From NCBI GenBank assembly GCA_963828465.1, contig CAWHEU010000024.1, positions 1-64,000 on the forward strand: a stretch of 64,000 nucleotides of DNA. Reading direction: 5' to 3'. The notes under the pieces were generated by a model. It was given only the letters and a program-made list of their open reading frames with translations, was not told the DNA's origin and did no database searches. Below are positions 1 through 9,492 of the stretch, piece by piece; the first letter of the stretch is position 1; each line of letters starts with the position of its first letter. This DNA comes from an uncultured Acidobacteriota bacterium (GTDB taxonomy: Bacteria > Actinomycetota > Acidimicrobiia > Spongiisociales > ZC4RG35). Both the position numbers and the translations under genes were made by a program.

Positions 1-16
1 CCTTGGAGATCCATTC

Positions 17-718
17 ATGAGCGGGCTCGTGATCGAGGCGTGCCGGTTCGCCTCGGCAGCCCTCGCCGCGGTCGCCGATCCATCCAAGGCGCCGGATATG
101 CAGGCCTACATGAAGACCGATATGCCCTTCTATGGGGTGCAAAAGACGGCTCGAGCCAAGATCCTCCGGGAACTGGTCCATCGGTTCCCGCCCGCTGACC
201 GAGCAGAGTACGAAGCACTGGTGATGGCGCTCTGGCGGCTTGCGCATAGGGAGGAGAAGTATCTGGCGCTCGGTGTGGCCCGGCACTGCCACGAGTTCGT
301 CGTGCCCGAAGAGCTCCCGCTGTACCGGGGTCTGATCGTAGAGGGTGCCTGGTGGGACCTCGTCGACGAGGTGGCCACTCATCTGATCTGCGATCTTGTG
401 GTGGGACATCCGGAGGCGGTCTGGCCGACGGTGGACACCTGGATCGACGACGACGACATGTGGCTGAGGCGGACGGCGATCATCTGCCAGGTCGGTGCAC
501 AGGAGGACATCGATGCAGCCAGGCTGTTCCGTTTCTGCGAGGCACGTGCGTTCGAGACGGAATTCTTCATCCGCAAGGCAATCGGCTGGGCGCTCCGCCA
601 ACACGCCAGAGTCGATCCCGACGCGGTTGCACGTTTCGTGATCGAGCGTCGAGATCAACTCTCCGGTTTGTCTTACCGGGAAGCCACGAAGCACATCGGC
701 CATCTCCTCCCATCGTGA
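17..718 (+). CDS. DNA alkylation repair protein (AlkD-like HEAT-repeat family)
   Basis: Motifs MQAYMK..FYGV, WWDLVD, WLRRTAI and EFFIRKAIGWALR are typical of AlkD-like proteins. Confidence 0.85.
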   Translation: MSGLVIEACRFASAALAAVADPSKAPDMQAYMKTDMPFYGVQKTARAKILRELVHRFPPADRAEYEALVMALWRLAHREEKYLALGVARHCHEFVVPEELPLYRGLIVEGAWWDLVDEVATHLICDLVVGHPEAVWPTVDTWIDDDDMWLRRTAIICQVGAQEDIDAARLFRFCEARAFETEFFIRKAIGWALRQHARVDPDAVARFVIERRDQLSGLSYREATKHIGHLLPS

Positions 719-2253
719 CTGCCGATGCGATAGCACTCGAGGTCGCCCGTAATCGTCTCGCCTCGGTGGCAGACGAGATGGGCACAGTCCTCCGGCATTC
801 CTCCCTTTCGCCCAACATCAAGGAGAGGGCCGACTGCTCGGCTGCCGTGTTCACGGCCGACGGCGAAATGCTGGCCCAGGCAGAGCACATCCCGGTTCAT
901 CTCGGATCGATGCCCGAGTCGGTGGCAGCGTGCCTGGCCCGATTCGAACCAGTCCCAGGTGTCCAGTACGCGGTCAATGACCCGTTCTTTGGTGGCACTC
1001 ATCTCAACGATCTCACTCTCGTCGCCCCGGTCTTTGTGGCCTCGAGACATGTCGCCTGGGTGGCGAATCGGGCCCATCACGCCGACGTCGGAGGTGAAGC
1101 GCCCGGGTCGATGCCGGCCCATGCGGTGACTGTCGATCAGGAAGGTCATCGGGTCCCTCCGGTGGTGGCTTTCGAGTCGGGCCATTGGGCAGATGACTTC
1201 GCAGAGCCCTTCATCGCCGCCTCTCGTACTCCGTGGGAGCGCCGGGGGGACCTCGAAGCGCAGATCGGAGCCAACGCAGTCGGCTCGACCCGGTTGGCGG
1301 AACTGGTCGCCGGAATCGCCGGGGTGCCGTTCTCGTCCATGGCTGCGTCTCTTCTCGACTACGGGGAACGGCGGACGATCGCGGCCCTTCGTCAATTGCC
1401 CGAAGGGAAATTCGAATTCACCGACTTCATGGAGCTGGGTGAAGCCGATGTCGGAATCCGGGTCACCGTTACCATCGCCGATGGGCGGCTCACGGCAGAT
1501 TTCACCGGGAGCGACGACCAGGTGGCGGCGAACTTCAACGCAGTCGAGGCGGTGACGAGGTCCTGTCTCTACTACGCGGTCCGGGTGGCAACCGATCCCA
1601 CTATCCCCGCCAACGGCGGGTGCTACCGACCGCTGACCCTGATCGCCCCGTCGGGATCGGTGGTCAATGCCCGCCCTCCCGCAGCGGTGGCCGCCGGCAA
1701 CGTGGAGACCAGCCAACGAATCGCCGATGTCCTCCTGGGGGCATTGGCCCAGGCTGCCCCCGACCGCGTGCCAGCGGCCTCCCAGGGGACGATGAACAAT
1801 GTCCTGGTCGGCAACGACGAGTTCGCGTATTACGAGACGATCGCCGGGGGGCAGGGCGGTCGGCCCGGGCGAGCCGGTCAGTCGGGGATCCAGACGGGGA
1901 TGACCAACACTGAGAACACCCCGATCGAGGCATTGGACACCCACTATCCATTCCGGGTGGAGCGTTACACGCTGCGACGTGGAAGCGGTGGTGAGGGCAG
2001 GTTCCCGGGTGGTGAGGGCATCGAGCGTGAGATCCTCTTCCTCGCCGACGCCACGCTCTCGCTAATGGGTGAGCGGCGGCGGCATCGACCCTGGGGCCTG
2101 GCCGGTGGTGGACCGGGGGCCACCGGCGAGGACCTGCTGATCAAGCCAGATGGCCGCCGGGAGCGGCTACCCGCCAAATCCACGATCCCGGTGTCCGCCG
2201 GCGATCGCCTACTGGTGCTCACCCCCGGCGGCGGTGGCTGGGGCCGACCCTGA
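715..2253 (+). CDS. Hydantoinase B / 5-oxoprolinase family protein
   Basis: SPNIKERADCSAA, HIPVHLGSM, NDPFFGGTHLND, HHADVGG and TPGGGGWG motifs; GTG start at 715 overlaps the upstream stop. Confidence 0.9.
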   Translation: MTADAIALEVARNRLASVADEMGTVLRHSSLSPNIKERADCSAAVFTADGEMLAQAEHIPVHLGSMPESVAACLARFEPVPGVQYAVNDPFFGGTHLNDLTLVAPVFVASRHVAWVANRAHHADVGGEAPGSMPAHAVTVDQEGHRVPPVVAFESGHWADDFAEPFIAASRTPWERRGDLEAQIGANAVGSTRLAELVAGIAGVPFSSMAASLLDYGERRTIAALRQLPEGKFEFTDFMELGEADVGIRVTVTIADGRLTADFTGSDDQVAANFNAVEAVTRSCLYYAVRVATDPTIPANGGCYRPLTLIAPSGSVVNARPPAAVAAGNVETSQRIADVLLGALAQAAPDRVPAASQGTMNNVLVGNDEFAYYETIAGGQGGRPGRAGQSGIQTGMTNTENTPIEALDTHYPFRVERYTLRRGSGGEGRFPGGEGIEREILFLADATLSLMGERRRHRPWGLAGGGPGATGEDLLIKPDGRRERLPAKSTIPVSAGDRLLVLTPGGGGWGRP

Positions 2254-2375
2254 ACCTCAGGTTCTCCGACCCGGATACGGGCCGAATCGCCTCACGTTCC
2301 GTGCCTGGCCGAAATGCGCTCCGGAACGTGAGGCAAGTCGTTTCACATACGGGCCGTACAACCTGAGGTTCGCCG
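2252..2375. repeat. Palindromic intergenic repeat element (AACCTSAGGTT motif with about 35-bp period)
   Basis: GAACCTCAGGTT 2252-2263 pairs with AACCTGAGGTTC 2360-2371 and encloses GCCTCACGTTCCG 2289-2301 / CGGAACGTGAGGC 2322-2334; related half-copy at 21041-21094. Confidence 0.75.
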
Positions 2376-2402
2376 CTCCAGGCCACAACTACCCTCACCC
2401 CT

Positions 2403-3827
2403 GTGAGCCTTGTCGGGGATCTGCGTGGTGTGTTGAGTGAGGATCGGGTGCTCGAGGAGCCGGTCGAGCTCTACCTCTATTCGAGGGATGCATCCCTGAT
2501 GCAAGGTCAGGCGACTTGCGTGGTTTTCCCCGAAACCACAGAGGAAGTCGCCGAGGTGGTGCGGGTCGCGGAGAAACATGGGGTCCCGATCGTCGCCCGC
2601 GGCGCGGGCACCGGGCTCGCCGCCGGGGCGATTCCCGTCGACGGCGGGATTGTCCTGTCCACCACCGCGATGAACCAGATCGACATCGACGTCGAGAACA
2701 GGACCGCATGGGTCGGAGCCGGGGTGATCAATCTCGATCTGAGCACGGAGGCCGAGCCGTTCGGTCTGGCCTTCGCCCCCGATCCCTCCTCGCAGTCGGC
2801 TTGCACGATCGGCGGAAACGTCGCCAACAATTCGGGCGGCGCCCACTGTCTGGCCGAGGGCGCCACCACCAGCCATGTCCTCGGCATGGAGGTGGTCCTG
2901 GCCGGTGGCGAGACCCTCGTCCTCGGCGGCCAGGCACCTGACATGCCGGGTCTGGACCTGAAGGGGTTGATGGTTGGATCGGAAGGCACGCTCGGTGTGG
3001 TGACTCGGGCCCTGGTCCGCCTCCTGCCCATCGAAGCAGACGTGAGGACGCTCCTTCTCGACTTCGAGGACCTGGAAGGGGCGACGCGGACGGTGTCTCA
3101 GGTCATCGCATCCGGGCTCGTGCCGGCGGCATTGGAGATCATGGACCAGAAGATGACGACCGCCGTCGAGAACTGGCTCAAGGCGGGCCTTCCCTGCGAT
3201 TGCGCGGCGATCCTCCTCGCCGAGGTGGTCGGCGAGCCCGAGGCGGTGGAGGCCGAGGCAGCCCTCATCTCACGCATCGGCCGCGCCAACGGGGCGCGCG
3301 ATGTCAAGGTGGCCAAAGACGAGGCCGAGCGCGCCATCCTCTGGAAGGGGCGCAAGTCGGCGTTCGGAGCCGTGGCCCAGGTCTCCCCGAACTACTACCT
3401 GCACGACACGGTCGTCCCTCGGTCGCGTCTGGTCGAGACGATGGAGGAGGTTCAGGCGATCGCCGACCGATACGGGTTGGACGTCTACAACGTCTTTCAT
3501 GCCGGCGACGGCAATCTCCACCCGCTCATGGCATTCGACGCTTCCGACCCGGTCATGTTGGACAAGGTCCACAAGGCGGGCGAGGAGATGGTTGCAGCAT
3601 GTCTCAGCCGTGGTGGCGCCCTCTCCGGTGAGCACGGGATCGGCCTCGAGAAGAGGGACATGATGCGGGCAGATTTCACCGAGCTCGACCTCGATGCCCA
3701 GGCCCGGCTCAAGGAGGCCTTCGATCCCGCTGGAATCTTCAACCCGGCGAAGGTGCTCCCGGAGGGCTCGCGATGCTTCGACTTCGGTGGGGTGAGACGG
3801 GAGATACCGGACGGGGCCTGGGTATGA
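2403..3827 (+). CDS. glcD: Glycolate oxidase-like FAD-linked subunit GlcD
   Basis: RGAGTGLAAG, PDPSSQSACTIGGN, GSEGTLG, HAGDGNLHP and SGEHGIG motifs; followed by glcE and glcF. Confidence 0.85.
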   Translation: MSLVGDLRGVLSEDRVLEEPVELYLYSRDASLMQGQATCVVFPETTEEVAEVVRVAEKHGVPIVARGAGTGLAAGAIPVDGGIVLSTTAMNQIDIDVENRTAWVGAGVINLDLSTEAEPFGLAFAPDPSSQSACTIGGNVANNSGGAHCLAEGATTSHVLGMEVVLAGGETLVLGGQAPDMPGLDLKGLMVGSEGTLGVVTRALVRLLPIEADVRTLLLDFEDLEGATRTVSQVIASGLVPAALEIMDQKMTTAVENWLKAGLPCDCAAILLAEVVGEPEAVEAEAALISRIGRANGARDVKVAKDEAERAILWKGRKSAFGAVAQVSPNYYLHDTVVPRSRLVETMEEVQAIADRYGLDVYNVFHAGDGNLHPLMAFDASDPVMLDKVHKAGEEMVAACLSRGGALSGEHGIGLEKRDMMRADFTELDLDAQARLKEAFDPAGIFNPAKVLPEGSRCFDFGGVRREIPDGAWV

Positions 3828-4885
3828 ACGGGACCGCCGGGGGCGGTCCCGAGCGTGTCGCTCCATCCACCGTCGAGGATCTGTCCTCGATCCTGAGAAA
3901 GGCCACCGAGGAACAACGCGTTGTGAATGTGGTCGGGGGCGGGACCAGACAGGGCTATGGCTCCCCCCTGCTTCCTGACCTCGTGTTGGAGATGAGCGGG
4001 CTCTCCGGGATCGAGGAGTGGGACCCCGATGACCTCACCGTGACCGTTGGGGCAGGAACCCCCGTCGCCGAACTGGAAGCTGCCCTAGGCGAACGCTCAC
4101 AGACCGCAGTACTACCCGAAGTCCCGGGCGAATCCACTGTCGGAGGGGTCATCTCGGCCGGGATCTCACCGTTGCGGAGGGCCCGTCTCCTCGGCACCAG
4201 GGAAAGGATGCTCGAAGTGCGCCTGGTGACCGGAGACGGTCGGGTAGTTCGGGGTGGCGGCCGGGTGGTGAAGAACGTGTCCGGGTACGACCTGCCGCGT
4301 CTGGTCGTTGGCGCCTTCGGCTCATTAGGGGTCCTCACCTCGGTCTGTCTCAAGTTGTGGCCAATGCCCCCCGCTGCGGTGACGATCACCATCGATGACA
4401 TTGGACTTGCCGACCGGGTTACGAGGCCGCTTGCTGTCCTGGAGCGAAACGGCGTCACCGAGGTCTTTCTCTGGGGCACACCCGAGGAGGTCGCAGCTTC
4501 CGGGGGTCGCCTCGGTGGGGCGGCGGTGGAGGGGCATCGATGGCCGGCCGACCCACAGGGCCTATACCGATGGTCGGTTCGAGTCCCACCCGCCCTGACG
4601 TCGGAGGCGATAGCCCGGCTCCCCTCAGGGTGGGACTATCTCGCCGTCCACGGCGCCGGTGACATTCGCGCCGCCTCGTCCAACGCGGATGGGGCGGATG
4701 TGCTGCGCTCGTGGGTGGAGGCCTCCGGCGGCGCCGTGGTGGTGATCGGTGCGCCAGACGGGGGCCTCGACGGTCTCGACCCCTGGGGATCGCCGCCCCC
4801 GGGACTGGAGATCCAGCGTCGTCTCATCGCCCAGTTCGATCCGGGCCGGATCATCAATCCGGGCCGGTTGCCCGGAGGTCTGTGA
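3824..4885 (+). CDS. glcE: Glycolate oxidase-like FAD-binding subunit GlcE
   Basis: GGRVVKNVSGYDL and FDPGRIINPGR motifs; ATG 3824 overlaps the glcD stop. Confidence 0.8.
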   Translation: MNGTAGGGPERVAPSTVEDLSSILRKATEEQRVVNVVGGGTRQGYGSPLLPDLVLEMSGLSGIEEWDPDDLTVTVGAGTPVAELEAALGERSQTAVLPEVPGESTVGGVISAGISPLRRARLLGTRERMLEVRLVTGDGRVVRGGGRVVKNVSGYDLPRLVVGAFGSLGVLTSVCLKLWPMPPAAVTITIDDIGLADRVTRPLAVLERNGVTEVFLWGTPEEVAASGGRLGGAAVEGHRWPADPQGLYRWSVRVPPALTSEAIARLPSGWDYLAVHGAGDIRAASSNADGADVLRSWVEASGGAVVVIGAPDGGLDGLDPWGSPPPGLEIQRRLIAQFDPGRIINPGRLPGGL

Positions 4886-6137
4886 TGGGATGGGCAACCC
4901 TCGAGCATCCGACCACCGATGAGCTCAATGCGTGCGTCCAGTGCGGGCTTTGCCTGCCCGCATGCCCCACATTCCGCTTGACGGGGCGGGAAACCGCGTC
5001 CCCCGCGGTCGAATCCAGGCGATGAAAGCGGTTCACAACGGTGTGCTCGAGGTCGACGGTCCGTTTCAGGGCGTCATCGACTTCTGTCTCGGTTGCCGGG
5101 CCTGTGAGCCGGTATGCCCGGGGATGGTCCCCTACGGGAGGGCACTCGAGGGAACCCGTGCCGAGATCGCGGCACAACGCCCAACATTCGGTCATCGGCT
5201 TCGCTCGTTCCTGCTCGGCACGGCTATCGGCTCGAGGCGATCGCTTCGCTTTTCGACGGGGGCTCTGCGCATGGCCCAGGCGACCCGGGCCACCTCCCTG
5301 GCGCCTCGGCGCTATCGGAGGCTCTCCGGGGGTATACGTCCGCTTGGTCGGAGGCCACAGCCGACACTCGGTCACCAAGGGGGGAGCGGCGTGTCGGGCT
5401 CGGTCGCTCTTGTCGCGGGATGCATCCAGGACGAGTGGTTCCGACCTGTCAACCACGCTGCCATCGAGCTGTTGGAGCTGGCCGGCTATCGAGTCGAGGT
5501 TCCCCCCGGCCAGACCTGCTGTGGCGCTCTGGCTGCCCACGACGGTAAGTCGGAGGCCGCCCGGGCCCTGGCGGCGCGGAACGTGCCGGTTCTCTCCGGT
5601 TACGACCAGGTGGTGGTCACCTCGGCCGGATGCTCAGCCCATGTCCGCGAGTACGGCCGTTGGGCCGAACACGGCGAGGAAATCGGGGCCCGGGCAGTCG
5701 ACGTCACCGTGGCCGTGGCACGTGCCATTGAGGCCGGCCTCCTCCCGTCGCTATCCGGAGGCTCGGGCGAGATGGCGATCCAGGACCCCTGCCATCTCCG
5801 ACACGCCCAGCGGGTGACCGCCGAGCCCAGGCAAATCCTCGAGGCAGGTGGATACGAGGTCGTGGAGATCGACCCGGCGGGGATGTGTTGTGGCGCCGCC
5901 GGTCTCTACACCGTCCTCCAGCCGGAGGCATCTCAAGAGCTCGGAAACCGAAAGGCGGCCCAGATACGTTCAACCGGGGTGAGCAGGGTTGCCTCCGCCA
6001 ACCCGGGTTGTGAGATGCAGCTCAGGTCTGCCCTGGGACCTGATTACGAGATCGCGCACCCGATCGAGTGGTATCTGAGCGCTATCGCAGCAGCGGGGCC
6101 GCCCGGTAGGGTCGCCTCGGTGAAGGAAGCGAGATGA
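4885..6137 (+). CDS. glcF: Glycolate oxidase-like Fe-S subunit GlcF (one frameshift near 5000)
   Basis: CVQCGLCLPACP in one frame continues as RGRI..CLGCRACEPVCP in another; two CCG motifs; shift lies at a C5 run. Confidence 0.8.
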
Positions 6138-6724
6138 CCGACGACATCGCCCGCGTCGACAGCCGCCACGCCGCCAAGCGCTACGCCATTCTCGCCTACG
6201 GGTCGTTCGGGACCATGTTCGACGTCGGCCTGATGGTGATCGGGAGTCTGCTCGTGGGTCTGGCCGTCTCGGTCTTGCTCGCAGGCTTCGACATCGTCAA
6301 CGTGATCCAGGACTTGTCCACCGGGGCGATGCTCGCCTCAACGCTGGTGCTGGCGGTCATCGGCCTCTTCTGCCTCGGTGTCGCCGCCGAAGGGCCGTTG
6401 GGACGGGGCCGGCGTCTCATCGGGTTCAAGCTGTGGGAGGTCGGCTTGGGCCGCATCATCGCCGTGTTCGTCGTCGGCCTTCTCTTCCTCATCGTTCACG
6501 GGCTTATCGACGACGTGGTGGAAGGTCTGCCGTTGCCGGTCACCACCGGGGTGGCCGGGATCCGGGCGGTAGGTGTCGCCGGGATGACCGTCATGCCACT
6601 CCTCGGGGTCCCTGTCGCCCTCGCCGCCCGCTGGTATCCCGATGGGCCGGACTGGCTCCGCTCCACCGAGATCCCCATCATGTTCGTGATATGGGCGGTG
6701 GCGACCATGGCGATCATCTCCTGA
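6134..6724 (+). CDS. Hypothetical membrane protein
   Basis: About five hydrophobic segments; ATGA overlap with glcF. Confidence 0.7.
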   Translation: MTDDIARVDSRHAAKRYAILAYGSFGTMFDVGLMVIGSLLVGLAVSVLLAGFDIVNVIQDLSTGAMLASTLVLAVIGLFCLGVAAEGPLGRGRRLIGFKLWEVGLGRIIAVFVVGLLFLIVHGLIDDVVEGLPLPVTTGVAGIRAVGVAGMTVMPLLGVPVALAARWYPDGPDWLRSTEIPIMFVIWAVATMAIIS

Positions 6725-6727
6725 GCC

Positions 6728-6830
6728 TTTCCCCCGTAGGGGGAGGTGGCCCGAAGGGCCGGAGGGGGATTCTCAGGTGACGATCCCCCCTCCCCGGCTT
6801 CGCCGGTACTCCCCCCTTCGGGGGGAGAAA
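6728..6830. repeat. REP-like inverted pair of double-hairpin units between convergent genes
   Basis: Unit A 6728-6770 and unit B 6783-6830 are approximate reverse complements; unit B recurs at 58762-58803. Confidence 0.75.
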
Positions 6831-6837
6831 TAGGCCC

Positions 6838-7680
6838 TCAGAGCGCCTTCGAGTAGATCTCCGCCGGGTGCACCTCGAAGCCCTCACGCTGCAATGCCTC
6901 GACGCTCCAGACCGTGACCGGGACCATGGCCTCGACCCGACCGCCTTCCCGATCTCGCAGGAGGTCACGCAGACCCTGGAGAAGCAACGGAGCGTCCGGA
7001 GCCGTGGTCGCCAGCCACCGCACCGAGATCCCCTCCTCATCGGCCTCGACAACGACCCATCCCCCGGGGCTCTGATAGAAGTTGTGGGTATTCACGGCAC
7101 GCTCCAGGTCGCCGCGGGATGCCTTCCTCCATCGCCAGCCCAGCGAGATGAGGTCACGCGCAGCATGGGCGAGGTCGCTCTGTGACCAGAAGGTCCAGGC
7201 GGCGTCGGCATCCACGGTGACACCCGGCCGCAGACGCTCGTCTTGTGGCAGACGCCGGCCGGTCGACTCTGGGGCGGTGGCGTAAGCCCATCGGCCGGCC
7301 GGCCGATAGTTCGACCGCATCACCTGGCCGCGGGCGGCCTCGTTCGACTCTTCGATGACGAGTCGGGCCACCAGGGCTCCGTGCGATCTGGCCCACTCCA
7401 CGGCATGGTCGTTCATGGCCATTCCCATGCCCGATCGCCGATGGTCGGGATGAACCCGGGTGGCGCTGAGCCAGGCCTCGGTCGGTGAGAGGAGTTGCGC
7501 CCGTGACAAGGCAACCGGGATGTCGTCGTCGTAGACGCAGACGATTACAAGGGAATCCGGCTCCTCCAGCCAGTCGCCCATCATCGCGGGCACATAGTCA
7601 CCCCAAATGAAAGTGTCCTGGGTCCAGCGCCCGATCGACGCGACGTCCTCGGCCCGGGCCGGGCGGATGACGAACGACAC
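6838..7680 (-). CDS. GNAT family N-acetyltransferase
   Basis: RVHPDHRRSGMG acetyl-CoA motif A; GTG start just after the argS stop. Confidence 0.8.
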   Translation of the reverse strand: MSFVIRPARAEDVASIGRWTQDTFIWGDYVPAMMGDWLEEPDSLVIVCVYDDDIPVALSRAQLLSPTEAWLSATRVHPDHRRSGMGMAMNDHAVEWARSHGALVARLVIEESNEAARGQVMRSNYRPAGRWAYATAPESTGRRLPQDERLRPGVTVDADAAWTFWSQSDLAHAARDLISLGWRWRKASRGDLERAVNTHNFYQSPGGWVVVEADEEGISVRWLATTAPDAPLLLQGLRDLLRDREGGRVEAMVPVTVWSVEALQREGFEVHPAEIYSKAL

Positions 7681-7682
7681 AG

Positions 7683-9446
7683 CTACATCCGGTCGGGCAC
7701 TTCGATGCCGAGGAGATCGAGCAGGCGCTCGAGAGCTGCCAGCGCCCACGCCGCGAGCGAGAGCCAGGATCCCCTGCGGGCCGTGTCCTGCTCGGAGAGG
7801 ATGTGGCAGGTGTCGTAGAACCGGTTGAAACGGCCCGCAACGTCATATGCGAATTCGGCGACATGGTTCGGAGCGCGAAGGGCGATGGCGCGGCCGACGA
7901 CGTCGGGGAGGCGCAGAAGCTCGAGCATGAGCTCGCGCTCGACATCGACGCCCGGTGCCAGAAGAGGGCCTTGCTCCACCCCTTCCGATTCTGCCCGGCG
8001 CAGGATCGACTTGATCCTCACTGCGGCGTACTGGAGATAGGGCCCTGTCTTCCCTTCGAAGGACGTGAACCGGTCCAGGTCCAGGACGTAGTCGGAGGTG
8101 CGGTTGTTGATCAGGTCGCCGAACTTGAGGGCGGCCACGCCCACGATGGAGGCAATGCTCGATCTCTCTGCCTCGGGGTAGTCCTCGGCGAGGTGCGCCT
8201 CGTCGAGCCGCCGTCGAGCGGCCTCGGTGAGCATCTCGATCACATCGGAGAGGCGGACTACTCCGCCCTCTCGTGTCTTGAAGGGCTTGCCGTCCGGCCC
8301 GTTCATCGTCCCGAACCAGATGTGCTCCAATCTGGTCCCATCGGGGACGATGCCGGCCTTCGCTGCCGCGCGGAAGATCTGGAGAAAATGGTCGGCCTGC
8401 CGCCGGTCGACAACATAAAGGACGAGGTCGGCCCGTAGGTCCTCCATCCTCATCTGGATCGTGGCCAGATCGGTGGTGCTGTATAGGAAGCCGCCGCGGG
8501 ATGACTCGAGGATCAACGGCGGGATGTCCCGATTGTCTCCGTCCTCGCCGATCCGAATCACGATCGCACCCTTCGACTCCTCAGCCACGCCGGACTCCCG
8601 CAACGTGGCCACCAGCGGACCCAGCCTGTCGTGCACATCCGATTCTCCGTACCACAGGTCGAAATTGACTCCGAGGGTGGCGAAATCCTGACGCTGGGAC
8701 TCCTCGGATACCGACTTCATATGACGCCAGAGGGCCAGGTACCCGGGGTCGCCCTGCTGGAGCCGAACCGTGGCCGCACGGGCGATGTCGGCGAAGTCGT
8801 CGTCGCTGCGGGCACGAACCGACGCCTCTGGGTAGATCCGCTGCAGATCGTCGAGCGTGACCGGTGACTCTGACGGATACGTGCCGGCGTCGGGATCGAA
8901 ATAGGCGAGCTCAGGCTGCTCTTCGGCGATGGCGGCGATGAGCAAGCCCATCTGGAAGCCCCAGTCGCCGAAGTGGGGGTCGCGGATCACCTTGTGCCCG
9001 GCGAAGGAGAAGAGCCTGGCGAGCGAGTCACCGATGATGGTGGCCCGGAGATGGCCGACATGCATCGCCTTGGCCACGTTGGGGCCGGCGTAGTCGACCA
9101 CCACGTTCTCCGGATCGTTCGTGACAGGGAAACCGAGATAGGGGTCGGCGGCATCCTCGACCGCGATCCGAGCGATGGAGGCGTCGGTCATCGTGATGTT
9201 TATGAAGCCGGGGCCGGCCACTTCGACCCTCGCGATGTCGGGATGTTCGGCCAGGCGGTCCGCGACCTTCTGGGCTATCTCTCTGGGTGCCTGGTTGGTC
9301 GCCTTCCCGGCGGCCATGGCCCCGTTGACCTGGTACTGCGCCAGCTCAGGCCTCTGTGAGGGAACCGTCTCGCCCAGCTCGGGGGACAACCCGAGCTCGC
9401 TGAAGGCTTCACCGGCGATCGACGAGAGATACGACAGCAGCGACAT
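7683..9446 (-). CDS. argS: Arginine--tRNA ligase
   Basis: DYAGPNVAKAMHVGHLR (HIGH), FKTREG and GKTGPYLQYA motifs. Confidence 0.97.
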   Translation of the reverse strand: MSLLSYLSSIAGEAFSELGLSPELGETVPSQRPELAQYQVNGAMAAGKATNQAPREIAQKVADRLAEHPDIARVEVAGPGFINITMTDASIARIAVEDAADPYLGFPVTNDPENVVVDYAGPNVAKAMHVGHLRATIIGDSLARLFSFAGHKVIRDPHFGDWGFQMGLLIAAIAEEQPELAYFDPDAGTYPSESPVTLDDLQRIYPEASVRARSDDDFADIARAATVRLQQGDPGYLALWRHMKSVSEESQRQDFATLGVNFDLWYGESDVHDRLGPLVATLRESGVAEESKGAIVIRIGEDGDNRDIPPLILESSRGGFLYSTTDLATIQMRMEDLRADLVLYVVDRRQADHFLQIFRAAAKAGIVPDGTRLEHIWFGTMNGPDGKPFKTREGGVVRLSDVIEMLTEAARRRLDEAHLAEDYPEAERSSIASIVGVAALKFGDLINNRTSDYVLDLDRFTSFEGKTGPYLQYAAVRIKSILRRAESEGVEQGPLLAPGVDVERELMLELLRLPDVVGRAIALRAPNHVAEFAYDVAGRFNRFYDTCHILSEQDTARRGSWLSLAAWALAALERLLDLLGIEVPDRM

Positions 9447-9457
9447 GTCATCGACAG

Positions 9458-9492
9458 TACTTAGGACCTACGACCTAGAACCTAGGACCTAA
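9458..9492. repeat. Short heptamer tandem repeat (5 copies, consensus GACCTAG)
   Basis: TACTTAG GACCTAC GACCTAG AACCTAG GACCTAA. Confidence 0.7.

Noticed and set aside
352-714. N-terminal extension of the 633-aa ORF
   Set aside because: It overlaps the AlkD-like gene in another frame; hydantoinase B homology starts at GTG 715.
4990-5010. Programmed ribosomal frameshift in glcF or the E1 genes
   Set aside because: No canonical slippery heptamer with stimulator was seen, and similar indels occur in many unrelated genes.
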